From an uncultured virus (IMG/VR IMGVR_UViG_3300009376_000008) (taxonomy: Duplodnaviria > Heunggongvirae > Uroviricota > Caudoviricetes), in the IMG/VR virus record IMGVR_UViG_3300009376_000008: DNA of 64,000 nt, one strand, 5' to 3'. Below, piece after piece: positions 7,627 to 16,730 of the stretch; position 1 is the first letter of the stretch; each line of letters begins with the position of its first letter. A program made the translations under genes and the position numbers. The notes under the pieces were generated by a model that saw nothing but the letters and a program-made list of their open reading frames with translations, had not been told where the DNA came from and did no database searches.

Positions 7627-10116
7627 CTAAGAACACGCGCTATATCCACAAGAGGAACACAAAACACAACCTTCTTGATAGATCATAGAATTTTCTGCAC
7701 CACAAGAGGAACAATTTTTAGCAGAAGAGATAGTGCCATCGGCAATATACTTTTTAAGACATCTAGCAATTACTTTTGAGAAACTAAACAAGTCTGCATC
7801 CTTATCCTTTTGAAGCTGTTCAACTAAATATTGAATAGGCACTCCATGGCGAAGAGCCAGAGAAATTGTTCTCGTGTAACCCGCATGATTGGGGTTGTCA
7901 AACAGCTTCACGACATCTTTAATTATAAGATCATCGCCGTTTTGTAAATGTAAGTCGTATCGATTGGGAACGGTCTTTCTAGCATGTTTTACTAATTTCC
8001 CTTCGCTATATTTTCTTGGAAGCTCGATATATTCACTAAGGCCACCCATAACTTCATAAGGTCGGCCATCCATTAAGCCAATCAAAACAACCCATTTTTC
8101 TCCCTTAATAGTCGGGGTATGAATTTCGCATTCAAGTTCTTTTGGTCTTTTGGGAGCTCGATGAGTCGGAAATTCATTATCGCCATCAATGGCCCTGTTT
8201 ACTAAAACACCAGAGCGGCAACCCTCTCTATAGATGGTTAACCCTTTGCATCCCGCTTCCCAACCTGCCTCGTAAACTTTCCTAACTGTATCAACATCAA
8301 CATCTTCTGGAAGATTAGTTGTATTTGAGATAGCATGGCAAACCCACTTTTGGGCTACAGACTGTAACCATACCTTATTAACCCAGTCAATCTCGACCGC
8401 AGTTGCATTAGCATAAGGGCTTTGCTGCACAAGCTGATCGTCATCTAACCCTTGGGTATCAAAACCCTGAGTATGAATCCATTCATCGAACTTATGGTGA
8501 TAAACTGTATACTCTTGCCATTTATCCCCAAGGTCGTCGACAAAATCTACACGGACGTTACCATCTTGCGGATTAATTTTCCTGCGGCGAGTATAATGAA
8601 GCATAAACGCCGGCTCAATACCGGATGTTGTTTGTGTCAATGTCGATACTGATCCTGCTGGAGCGGTTGTTGTATTCGCTATGTTTCTTCTGCCATGAAC
8701 ATAGTAATCTTCCCTGATGTGTAAAGGAAGTTCGTCTAAAATCCTAGTTAAGAAAGGATGACCACGTTCCTTGTCGACAGAACATACTGGGAACGCGCCT
8801 CGTTCTCGAGCCATTGCAATGGACTCGGTATAAGACCCGATCGCCAAATGCTTGTAGAACTGCTCTACAACAGCAATACTCTCAGAGGACCCATATTGAT
8901 AACCTAGCATCGCCAAAGTATCGCCTACGCCAGTAACGCCTAAACCAGTTCGACGACCCGTAATAGCCCTATCTTTAATAAATGACCACAACTCTTTTTC
9001 TATTTGTTTAACTTGAGCCGGCTCTGGATCGTTATTGATTTTATCTATAATCTTATCAATTTGTATAAGTTCTAAATCGATCATGTCATCCATAAGGCGT
9101 TGAGCTTTTCTAGTTACTTCAACATAATGCTCATAATCAAAAGTGGCATTCGTGGTCCACGGCTCTTGCACAAAACTGGTGAGGTTTACTAACATTAGGC
9201 GACAAGAGTCTCCGGGGGAAAGTATAATTTCCCCACAAGGATTTGTTGACGTAGAACCGAAACCGTCTGCTTCATAGACGTCAGAAGGGGTATTTCTCGT
9301 CGCCGTATCCCAAAAAAGTATACCAGGCTCTGCAGATGCATGAGCGCTTTCGATAATAACATCCCAAATCTCTCTAGCAGAAACATGGTTACTGATGGTA
9401 GGGTTTTCACTATCTACAGGCCACTTTTGTTCATATGTCTTATCTGCCTTTACGGCTTTCATAAATTCATCTGAAATTCTTACAGAAATATTTGCGCCTG
9501 TTACTTTTTGTAAGTCTCTCTTTATTTTAATAAAATCTACTACTTGAGGATGGTGCACACAGATCGAAAGCATCAATGCCCCGCGGCGGCCGCCTTGGGC
9601 AACTTCCCTGCAGGAATTTGAGAACCTCTCCATAAAAAGCTCAATCCCATCCGTGGTTCTAGCAGCATTGGCACACGTAATTCCTCGAGGGCGAATATTG
9701 CTAATATCAAACCCGACGCCACCGCGGCGCTTCATGATTTGAACTTGCTGTTGATCTGTAAAAAGAATTCCTCCATAACTATCGTGAGGAGAATCTATAA
9801 CAAAGCAGTTAGATAACGACTGGACTTGATAAGGGTTTCCGATTCCACTCATTGGGGAACCCTGTGGAACAACATACTTAAAGTCTTTTAGCAGATCATA
9901 AATCTCATTTTTGGACATCGGATTCGGATAATTTTTCTCAATTTTCCAAAATTGCTTGGCCAACCGAGAATGCATCTGATCTGGATTTAATTCATAATAA
10001 TTGTTTTTAAGATCCCTTAATGCATACTTGGTTATCCACACATTGGTTGCGAGTTCATCACCATCAAAATACTCTAGTGTAGAATCTCTAACTTCCTCGT
10101 ATGTATAGCATTTCAT
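7627..10116 (-). CDS. nrdJ: Class II (adenosylcobalamin-dependent) ribonucleotide reductase
   Basis: SNCF, RRGALM, TNPCGE, RRTGLGVTG, TAPAGS, TTSGIEP, KGLTIYR and C-terminal CxxC...EGCxxCxxCGYSAC; no NrdB nearby; no intein. Confidence 0.9.
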   Translation of the reverse strand: MKCYTYEEVRDSTLEYFDGDELATNVWITKYALRDLKNNYYELNPDQMHSRLAKQFWKIEKNYPNPMSKNEIYDLLKDFKYVVPQGSPMSGIGNPYQVQSLSNCFVIDSPHDSYGGILFTDQQQVQIMKRRGGVGFDISNIRPRGITCANAARTTDGIELFMERFSNSCREVAQGGRRGALMLSICVHHPQVVDFIKIKRDLQKVTGANISVRISDEFMKAVKADKTYEQKWPVDSENPTISNHVSAREIWDVIIESAHASAEPGILFWDTATRNTPSDVYEADGFGSTSTNPCGEIILSPGDSCRLMLVNLTSFVQEPWTTNATFDYEHYVEVTRKAQRLMDDMIDLELIQIDKIIDKINNDPEPAQVKQIEKELWSFIKDRAITGRRTGLGVTGVGDTLAMLGYQYGSSESIAVVEQFYKHLAIGSYTESIAMARERGAFPVCSVDKERGHPFLTRILDELPLHIREDYYVHGRRNIANTTTAPAGSVSTLTQTTSGIEPAFMLHYTRRRKINPQDGNVRVDFVDDLGDKWQEYTVYHHKFDEWIHTQGFDTQGLDDDQLVQQSPYANATAVEIDWVNKVWLQSVAQKWVCHAISNTTNLPEDVDVDTVRKVYEAGWEAGCKGLTIYREGCRSGVLVNRAIDGDNEFPTHRAPKRPKELECEIHTPTIKGEKWVVLIGLMDGRPYEVMGGLSEYIELPRKYSEGKLVKHARKTVPNRYDLHLQNGDDLIIKDVVKLFDNPNHAGYTRTISLALRHGVPIQYLVEQLQKDKDADLFSFSKVIARCLKKYIADGTISSAKNCSSCGAENSMIYQEGCVLCSSCGYSACS

Positions 10117-11504
10117 CCTATCACATCCCGTCTATCCTTTTTAAAGTCATTCCATGCAGACTTGAGCTTCTCTTTCGGCTGATATTCCATCGCCTGCTCA
10201 TCGGTTAAAACTGAAAAGGTAGACGTGGCTGTATCTATCTTAACCGGAAAAATCAATCCATCTCGTCCAGCGCGATTTTTTGCAATAAAAACTCTTGCAA
10301 AGCCAGAGGCTTTTTCTTCTGGTTTTCTAGAAATAGTCAACACAACATCAGAAACCATTGCTTTTCCATAAGCTTCAGACATGTTTTCTAGACCAACAAT
10401 TTCTTGTCCTGAGCCACTACGATTGGATTGGCTAGCAGTCCAAATAGGAACGTTAAAGTCGCACGCTAGTTGTCTTAGTTCTTCATAAATAAGCATTAGC
10501 TCGTGGCGTAAAGAATCGTAAGATTTAGAACTGCGCATAATATCTGCATAATCAATAATCACTACGCTAGGTTTCATTCCACGCATTTTTAATTTGTCTA
10601 AATGATTTCTAATCGTTGCAACAGACGCAGATCGCGTAGCGTAATTTTTAATAATAAGACGCCCCAACTTAGTGTCATCATAAAACTTTTTAATTATTTC
10701 TTTATTCTGCGAGATCTCATTTGATGGAACTCCAACTAAATTAGAATCGTATCTCTTACCAACACCGACTTCAGAAAGCTCTAGAGTGTAGTGGACTACG
10801 TTTTTCCCAACCCTAAGCGCCTCACAACCCATAGCAACAAGCCAATGAGATTTTCCTACTCCTGTTGGGGCAACAACTACGCCAAGCTCACCTCGGCCGA
10901 GGCCTCCATCTAAAACATCGTGGGCATCTAATTGACTAATACCTGTTGGACAAGTCTGCCTAATGATGTCAATAAACCTGGCCTCCATGTCTTCAAAAAA
11001 ATCGTGGCCGACTGAATGCGGCATACCGACGGCAACAGCCTCTCTCATAAGATCCACAACAGATTCAAACTTATCCTCTTCGACTAGATCAACAGCCTTT
11101 TCCAAAGCCTCCTTGAAAGCTTGTCGCTTACAAAAATCCAGCGTCCTATCTTTAACAAAGTCAAGATCTCCAGGATGTGGATTTGCACGGACGCGATGTA
11201 AAAATTCTACAATCTGTTCTCGAAGTACACCATCGGCTCCAACACCAGTCAATTCGTCTCTAATGATAGTAATCAACAGTTGCATAGTGGGAAAGCATTT
11301 GTACTTTTCTAAATAAGAGAAATAGCGATCACAAAGATATTGGATATATCTAAGATCAAAGAAATGAGGCTTCATAACTTCTGACATCTGCTTTGCCCAA
11401 TCAATGTCGGTTATTAAGCCTTGGAAAATCTTCTCCTGGAATAAACGACCATATTGAGAAAAATGGGCCGTTCCCTGCTCTGATAAAGTGAATGCAACGT
11501 TCAT
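10113..11504 (-). CDS. Replicative DnaB-like helicase (T4 gp41-like)
   Basis: Walker A APTGVGKS, YTLE, IIDYAD, WTASQSNR, AKNRAG. Confidence 0.93.
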   Translation of the reverse strand: MNVAFTLSEQGTAHFSQYGRLFQEKIFQGLITDIDWAKQMSEVMKPHFFDLRYIQYLCDRYFSYLEKYKCFPTMQLLITIIRDELTGVGADGVLREQIVEFLHRVRANPHPGDLDFVKDRTLDFCKRQAFKEALEKAVDLVEEDKFESVVDLMREAVAVGMPHSVGHDFFEDMEARFIDIIRQTCPTGISQLDAHDVLDGGLGRGELGVVVAPTGVGKSHWLVAMGCEALRVGKNVVHYTLELSEVGVGKRYDSNLVGVPSNEISQNKEIIKKFYDDTKLGRLIIKNYATRSASVATIRNHLDKLKMRGMKPSVVIIDYADIMRSSKSYDSLRHELMLIYEELRQLACDFNVPIWTASQSNRSGSGQEIVGLENMSEAYGKAMVSDVVLTISRKPEEKASGFARVFIAKNRAGRDGLIFPVKIDTATSTFSVLTDEQAMEYQPKEKLKSAWNDFKKDRRDVIG

Positions 11505-11517
11505 AAATAATCCTGCG

Positions 11518-12468
11518 CTATTTGATTGTTGATAGATCGAGATAAAATTTGTCTACATCAAGACTTCGAGGCAATGTTACGCCCTCCGAAATAAGATTTC
11601 GCATCATCCCTAGTTTATCGCGTTTGGAATCTTTGTATTGATAAAAACTGTTTATTCGATCAATGTGATATGCTGATAAATTTGCCGTATCTAAATACAT
11701 CAAACGCCAATTCCTTTTGATCTTTTCAGAATCGATCAAAATATTGTTGTGAATGTTCAGCCTCTGTTTTTGCGGCTGATTCCTACAATCATTAATTATG
11801 TCTTCGACCGAGACAAAATCGGGATCTGTTAATTTTGGGAATCTTTTTACGAGCGTTTTAAACCCACAGCCCCTGATGCCGTCTATATTATCAGAAGAAT
11901 CTCCAACAAAGCATTTTGCAGTCGCAAAATTATTCGGATGAATCTTAAATTCGGAGAGCACTGTTGCAATGTCAACTATCTTTTTTGTTGTGGGCGTCCA
12001 CTGTATAACATTTTCATTAATTAGCTGATAGAAATCTTTGTCAGATGATGCAATAATTACATCCTCGTCTAAAACGTGTTTCGCTAAATACCCAATGACA
12101 TCGTCTGCCTCACAATCAGCCACATAGATTTGGCGAATCGGAGTATTCGTTAATAATTTCGTACAAAGAGAAATTTGGTGATTAAAATTTTCCTTAGTGT
12201 CTGGGATGTCTTCATAGATATCTGCTCGATTTAATCTTAACGGCCGGCGGTTACCTTTGTACGCAGGAAGAAGAGCTCGTCTGCGAGGGGAGCCTCCACC
12301 TTCCCAAACAACAATCATATCGTCTGGTGAAAATCTTCTTGCAATTGCTCCAATGGATTTAAGAAAACCCAAAGTTCCACCAATGTGGTTACCGTTTTCG
12401 GACATCGACGGGTTTACAACATAGGCTCGAATGAAAATATTCATCGCATCGATTAACAAAGTTTTCAT
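11518..12468 (-). CDS. Stand-alone 5'-3' exonuclease / flap endonuclease (T4 RNase H-like)
   Basis: LLIDAMN, YKGNR, EADDVIG, SSDKDFYQL and GDSSDNIDGIRGCG (helix-3-turn-helix). Confidence 0.92.
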   Translation of the reverse strand: MKTLLIDAMNIFIRAYVVNPSMSENGNHIGGTLGFLKSIGAIARRFSPDDMIVVWEGGGSPRRRALLPAYKGNRRPLRLNRADIYEDIPDTKENFNHQISLCTKLLTNTPIRQIYVADCEADDVIGYLAKHVLDEDVIIASSDKDFYQLINENVIQWTPTTKKIVDIATVLSEFKIHPNNFATAKCFVGDSSDNIDGIRGCGFKTLVKRFPKLTDPDFVSVEDIINDCRNQPQKQRLNIHNNILIDSEKIKRNWRLMYLDTANLSAYHIDRINSFYQYKDSKRDKLGMMRNLISEGVTLPRSLDVDKFYLDLSTIK

Positions 12469-12475
12469 GATATCC

Positions 12476-13651
12476 TTAGCTTTCTAATTCAATGGCTACT
12501 GTTCTAACTTCCTCATACGATTCTGGGTCTATGTTTGCTTTTTCTAGATTTCCCATAATTTCTGCAAAGGCCGCATTAAAAACAATATCAATATAAGGGG
12601 ACAACTCAGGATCTTCCATTACTTCTTTAAAATCTGCCTTATAAAATTTCTTTTCAGCAATAACCTTATTTCCTTTATTTCGAACTATTAAAGATTTCCA
12701 TGCTCCAGTACCCTCTACCGATATTGCAACAGCATTATGGTAGACCGGCCCTTTTTCCTTACAGTATTTACGCAAGACATCAAATACTTGTTCATGTTCG
12801 AATACGCCTTGGCCAAACCTAATCTCGAATAAACATGTTCTAAACGGTGGTGCAACCTTATTCTTAATTGTTTTAGCTGAAACATTGATTCCAACAATGT
12901 TGCCTTTTTTATCTTTTATTTGCTGGCCTGCACCTAGCTTAATTCGTACGGACGAATGAAATGGAATTGCCTTACCGCCAGGTGTTGTCATAGGATCTCC
13001 AAACATAACGCCGATCTTCGTCCTAGTTTGATTAAGACAAATCATCAAAACGTTCTGGTTGGCGATTACGCCTGTAATCTTTCGCATACCTTTGGAAATA
13101 ACACGAGCATTTAAGCCAATGGTTTCCTTATCGTAGTCTCCAATTAATTCTGCTTTTGGAGAAGTCGCCGCAACAGAGTCCCATATAATAGTAATTGGAA
13201 CATCCTTCTTGAATTGTTTGGCTTTTAAAATTGTCTTTTCTGCGATCGACAATACCTCTTCAGTACAATGAGTGTCGACGTATACGAAACGTTTCTCAAT
13301 ATCAACCCCCAGAAGCGCCAGGTTCTCCACAGACGTTGCATTCTCGGTATCTATGTATACAACAATACCTCCGGCCTCCTGAGTGCTTCTGGCAATCTGA
13401 ATGGCTATGTGAGATTTGCCAATCGATGGGGGACCAAAAATCTCGATGATCCTCCCCTCAGGCAAACCACCATCTGCTCTTCCAGATACTATAAAATCTA
13501 ATTGCTTTGAGCCAGTTTTGACCCATCTTTTGACATGGGTTGGACTTTCGTCATACGCTAGGTTATACGCAACTCTCGATCCGTGCTCTTTATTTAGAGA
13601 TTTTATGAGATCTGATGTAAAGTCACCAGCGCCATTTTTTTCTTTTGCCAT
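12476..13651 (-). CDS. recA: RecA/UvsX recombinase
   Basis: GGLPEGRIIEIFGPPSIGKS, YIDTE, WDSVAA, NQTRTKIGVMFGDP-TTPGGKA, KNKVAPPF. Confidence 0.95.
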   Translation of the reverse strand: MAKEKNGAGDFTSDLIKSLNKEHGSRVAYNLAYDESPTHVKRWVKTGSKQLDFIVSGRADGGLPEGRIIEIFGPPSIGKSHIAIQIARSTQEAGGIVVYIDTENATSVENLALLGVDIEKRFVYVDTHCTEEVLSIAEKTILKAKQFKKDVPITIIWDSVAATSPKAELIGDYDKETIGLNARVISKGMRKITGVIANQNVLMICLNQTRTKIGVMFGDPMTTPGGKAIPFHSSVRIKLGAGQQIKDKKGNIVGINVSAKTIKNKVAPPFRTCLFEIRFGQGVFEHEQVFDVLRKYCKEKGPVYHNAVAISVEGTGAWKSLIVRNKGNKVIAEKKFYKADFKEVMEDPELSPYIDIVFNAAFAEIMGNLEKANIDPESYEEVRTVAIELES

Positions 13652-13670
13652 ACTCCCTCCTATACCTTAA

Positions 13671-13699
13671 AATTTACTCGAATTATGCAGCTTGTACAA
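13671..13699 (-). promoter_or_regulatory. Sigma70-like promoter for the recA/exonuclease/helicase/RNR cluster
   Basis: TTGTAC-N17-TAAATT on the minus strand, just past the SSB terminator and upstream of the AGGAGG SD of recA. Confidence 0.55.
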
Positions 13700-13702
13700 G
13701 CG

Positions 13703-13740
13703 AAAATAAAAAAATAGGGCCCCCATTTCTGGGGACCCTT
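13703..13740 (-). terminator. Rho-independent terminator after SSB
   Basis: AGGGUCCCCA-GAAA-UGGGGGCCCU hairpin followed by AUUUUUUUAUUUU. Confidence 0.9.
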
Positions 13741-13765
13741 TAGATGCAAGATCGACGATTTTTGT

Positions 13766-14569
13766 CTAGAGATCCATATCTTCCAGATCGGCAAAAGCAT
13801 CATCAATGTCTGTATAAGTCTTTTTCGACTTATCCGTAGTACCGGTTTTGGAGGGGGTACTGTTTCGATGATTTGTGTTTTCCGTCACCGTATTGTCTCC
13901 AGTAGGTTCATCTTCACCGTTCAACCAATTATTAACAATGGCTTCAAGCTCGTCATAAGACTTCAGGGTAAAGATCTCATCAAGATCTGGGAAAGCATCT
14001 GATGCAGTCCATCCCTTAACTTGATCAGCTGTCCCAAGCGAAGACTCCTTAGGCCGAGGCCTAATGTCGGTCGTTGCATACATGCGGCCCGGCTGCTTTG
14101 TGCATACCACCTTGATGTCATGACCACTACTGACATCAGTGATGTCGCCATAATCTGGATCCATAATAATATTCAACAAACTTTGGTAAACAGTTTTTCC
14201 GAAAGCCCAAAGACGGACCCCTTCACTCTCTTCACCTCTAACGATAACAGCTGCGTAAGTACGCATCTTAGGATACAGCTTCTTAGCCATTTCATAAGCT
14301 TCCTTTGTACCTTCATCCCGAAGCTTGTTGATTAGCTCCTGAATGGGATCAGGCTTCCCAAACTGATTGGGTGTTAGAAGCCCAGGGTTATTCCCAATGC
14401 CATAATAAAACCATCGCTCCTTAAATGGGTTCCCGTCATTGTTGGGAATTCCAATAATTCGAACGTTGTAGGTTTCACCTTCTTGCGGTCGCCACATGGC
14501 GCGACGCTTATTATTGACACCAGAAAGCTGGTTAAGCTTTTTGCGAATCGCATCAAAATCAATAGCCAT
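13766..14569 (-). CDS. Single-stranded DNA-binding protein (T4 gp32-like)
   Basis: WRP...VRII, NPF, VIVRGEE..GVRLWAFGKTVY, DYGDITD...GHDI, acidic C-terminal tail (DDAFADLEDMDL). Confidence 0.85.
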   Translation of the reverse strand: MAIDFDAIRKKLNQLSGVNNKRRAMWRPQEGETYNVRIIGIPNNDGNPFKERWFYYGIGNNPGLLTPNQFGKPDPIQELINKLRDEGTKEAYEMAKKLYPKMRTYAAVIVRGEESEGVRLWAFGKTVYQSLLNIIMDPDYGDITDVSSGHDIKVVCTKQPGRMYATTDIRPRPKESSLGTADQVKGWTASDAFPDLDEIFTLKSYDELEAIVNNWLNGEDEPTGDNTVTENTNHRNSTPSKTGTTDKSKKTYTDIDDAFADLEDMDL

Positions 14570-14624
14570 TTTTTAATCTCCAATTTATTAAATTTTTAAA
14601 TCACTTTTTCTTAGTGACAGAACT

Positions 14625-14653
14625 ATAATACACGCTAACGCAACTTTGTTCAG
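14625..14653 (-). promoter_or_regulatory. Sigma70-like promoter for SSB
   Basis: CTGAAC-N17-TATTAT on the minus strand, followed by an AU-rich leader and GGAG SD. Confidence 0.45.
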
Positions 14654-14655
14654 GC

Positions 14656-14964
14656 TTATTTTTTCTTTTTTCGCGATTTCTTTTTCTTCTTTTTTCCGCG
14701 CAAATAATCGGACGGACTTCCAGTATCTGGGTAACGGGCATCTGTTCCGAGAGGAGTCATTGGGCCTAGGCCAGCGCCCATCCCAGCAACCGTAACCGCT
14801 TCGTCTTTCGTATCAGTAAGAGTCTCTTCGTCGTCATCTTTATCCTTATCTTTATCGTCCGGATCATCTCTGTCCTCTTCACGACTTTGATCCGGTTCTC
14901 CAAGGATTTCCTCAAACAACATCGTTCTTATAATTTTTCTTAATTCTGCTTCTGATAATAACAT
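14656..14964 (-). CDS. Small charged protein (acidic middle, poly-Lys tail); possible internal head protein
   Basis: N-terminal LLSEAELRKIIR motif, D/E tract, KKKKKKSRKKKK C-terminus; GAGG SD. Confidence 0.65.
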   Translation of the reverse strand: MLLSEAELRKIIRTMLFEEILGEPDQSREEDRDDPDDKDKDKDDDEETLTDTKDEAVTVAGMGAGLGPMTPLGTDARYPDTGSPSDYLRGKKKKKKSRKKKK

Positions 14965-14978
14965 TATAATTCCTCTAT

Positions 14979-15626
14979 TTAATTCCAGCTTTTTGCATTT
15001 TTGCCCTGATAGAATACAAATGTATTTTGAGCCTTATCTGCTTTTTCGATTCTCATCTGTGCTTGATGCGAAGACTGAATGTTTAAAGCTGTCGCGTTTA
15101 TTGCTGCCGTAAATAACGATCGTAGAAAGAAATAAACTGCTTTTGCATCTGATCCCATTGGGGCGGAAGCAACCTCTATTTTAACGCCCTTCTTAGTTCC
15201 ATCAGAATTTCTGACTACCCGAACTCCTGTAACCAACTGGCCGAAATCTCGGTGCTTAGATGCTGAACTATAAAGACCTTCTACTGCGCTAATAAGATTT
15301 GAACCGAGGCCGCCAGATGGAACACCTAATTTCTTCAGGAGTTCTTTGGCTCGTGTTGGATCAGCAGCCAGCTCTCTGGTATCTGTTACGTGACCAGGAG
15401 GACGACCTTGGCCGAGACTATTATCTGTCCCGCCATCCAAAGTTACTGGGCGGCCTTTACTATGGCCATAGTCAGAAGGTTCTTCTTTGGCCGACTCTTT
15501 TTCCGCGTCTTCTTTTTCTTTTGTTTCTCGTCTTTTTTGTTGAGTATTTGATTCTTCTTTTTCTTCAGAAATCATAGCCTCAGAAAGAAGTTTATGCAAC
15601 AAGCGCCTATTTCTTTTATTCATCAA
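14979..15626 (-). CDS. Hypothetical protein
   Basis: 215 aa ORF tightly packed on the coding strand; LLSEAMISEE near the N-terminus. Confidence 0.65.
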   Translation of the reverse strand: MMNKRNRRLLHKLLSEAMISEEKEESNTQQKRRETKEKEDAEKESAKEEPSDYGHSKGRPVTLDGGTDNSLGQGRPPGHVTDTRELAADPTRAKELLKKLGVPSGGLGSNLISAVEGLYSSASKHRDFGQLVTGVRVVRNSDGTKKGVKIEVASAPMGSDAKAVYFFLRSLFTAAINATALNIQSSHQAQMRIEKADKAQNTFVFYQGKNAKSWN

Positions 15627-16695
15627 AAGACCCCACTTTTATCGGTAACCGAAATCCACCACCAACATCAAGGTGATCAACATTAATATCCACATTATTA
15701 ATTATGAGAGCATCATGGATTATCCAATATGGTTTTGCAAGTTTATTCATTGATAACAAATTACAAAAACCAGTCAAGGCAGCATCAACCGCAGAGGACT
15801 GCAGCCATAATGACAAAAGGTGGTTCTTTGTTGCGTCAGAAACGGGAATAGGTCGGCCATACATGTTAAGCAAAAAACCATCAGTAATCTGTTCCTCTAG
15901 TTCTTTGATTATTTCATCAACCTTAAAAAATTCAGCGATGGCTTCAGCGTGCTTATTTCTGCGTTCAGAATTATATAGAGATGCAATAACCGAAAGTTTA
16001 ACCTTAGTTCTGGACAGCTTTCCAGCAAACACATCTTCGGCCAAAGCTGAATAAAGATCTAAATAAGTCTGTCGACCTTGATGAGCTAACAAAAGATTAG
16101 GCTCCATTGACCGAAAATCAATCTGTATCGCATCGACCAAGCCTTTACGAAGGTCAGCATGCATGGTTAAGACAGGAGGCCCAGAAACAACTGTGAGCCT
16201 TCCTGTTTTAGTCTTAGTCCGAATGTAATCAGGAGCGGAAAGATACCCGTTTGAAAACTTGCTACTTAAGAATTTTTCAAACCTTGCAGTCGTCGCGTCG
16301 TTTAACTTATTTGGGTCATACGGTGCCGGCTGCATCATTCGAATTAAGCATTCGATTTTAACCTGCTCCTTAATAATGTTAGAGTCGATTGACGTTTTTA
16401 GTTTTTCGTAAACATCGTAAACTGCTGTAAGGTTTGAAAAGAATTTATCTTTGCCAAGGATACGAATCCAATTGGGATTCTTTGCACCGAGAGTTTTAAC
16501 CATCTTTCTAAAATTTTCCGGTATTAACTCAGGTATTTCATGATGGAAAAGACGCGCTATGTTTTGTAGAGAACGACAGCATTCAGATCCCAAGATAAAA
16601 CATCCATTTGGGATAGTATCTACGAACGAAACCTTTCCTTCATCGTAGATTAAGAATTTTTTTCCATTTATCTTAGATCGGTCGACAGCAAACAT
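15616..16695 (-). CDS. Minimal family-A DNA polymerase (palm/fingers only)
   Basis: TKTGRL, motif A IDFRSMEP, DLY, motif B RTKVKLSVIASLY, YGR, WLQSSAVD, motif C IIHDAL; 359 aa with no recognisable exonuclease domain. Confidence 0.8.
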   Translation of the reverse strand: MFAVDRSKINGKKFLIYDEGKVSFVDTIPNGCFILGSECCRSLQNIARLFHHEIPELIPENFRKMVKTLGAKNPNWIRILGKDKFFSNLTAVYDVYEKLKTSIDSNIIKEQVKIECLIRMMQPAPYDPNKLNDATTARFEKFLSSKFSNGYLSAPDYIRTKTKTGRLTVVSGPPVLTMHADLRKGLVDAIQIDFRSMEPNLLLAHQGRQTYLDLYSALAEDVFAGKLSRTKVKLSVIASLYNSERRNKHAEAIAEFFKVDEIIKELEEQITDGFLLNMYGRPIPVSDATKNHLLSLWLQSSAVDAALTGFCNLLSMNKLAKPYWIIHDALIINNVDINVDHLDVGGGFRLPIKVGSFDE

Positions 16696-16701
16696 ACTCA
16701 G

Positions 16702-16730
16702 ATTATAATGGTCGCAGCCACGTTGTTCAA
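16702..16730 (-). promoter_or_regulatory. Sigma70-like promoter, probably giving a leaderless mRNA for the mini-PolA
   Basis: TTGAAC-N17-TATAAT; the ATG lies only 6 nt past the -10 box and there is no SD. Confidence 0.65.
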
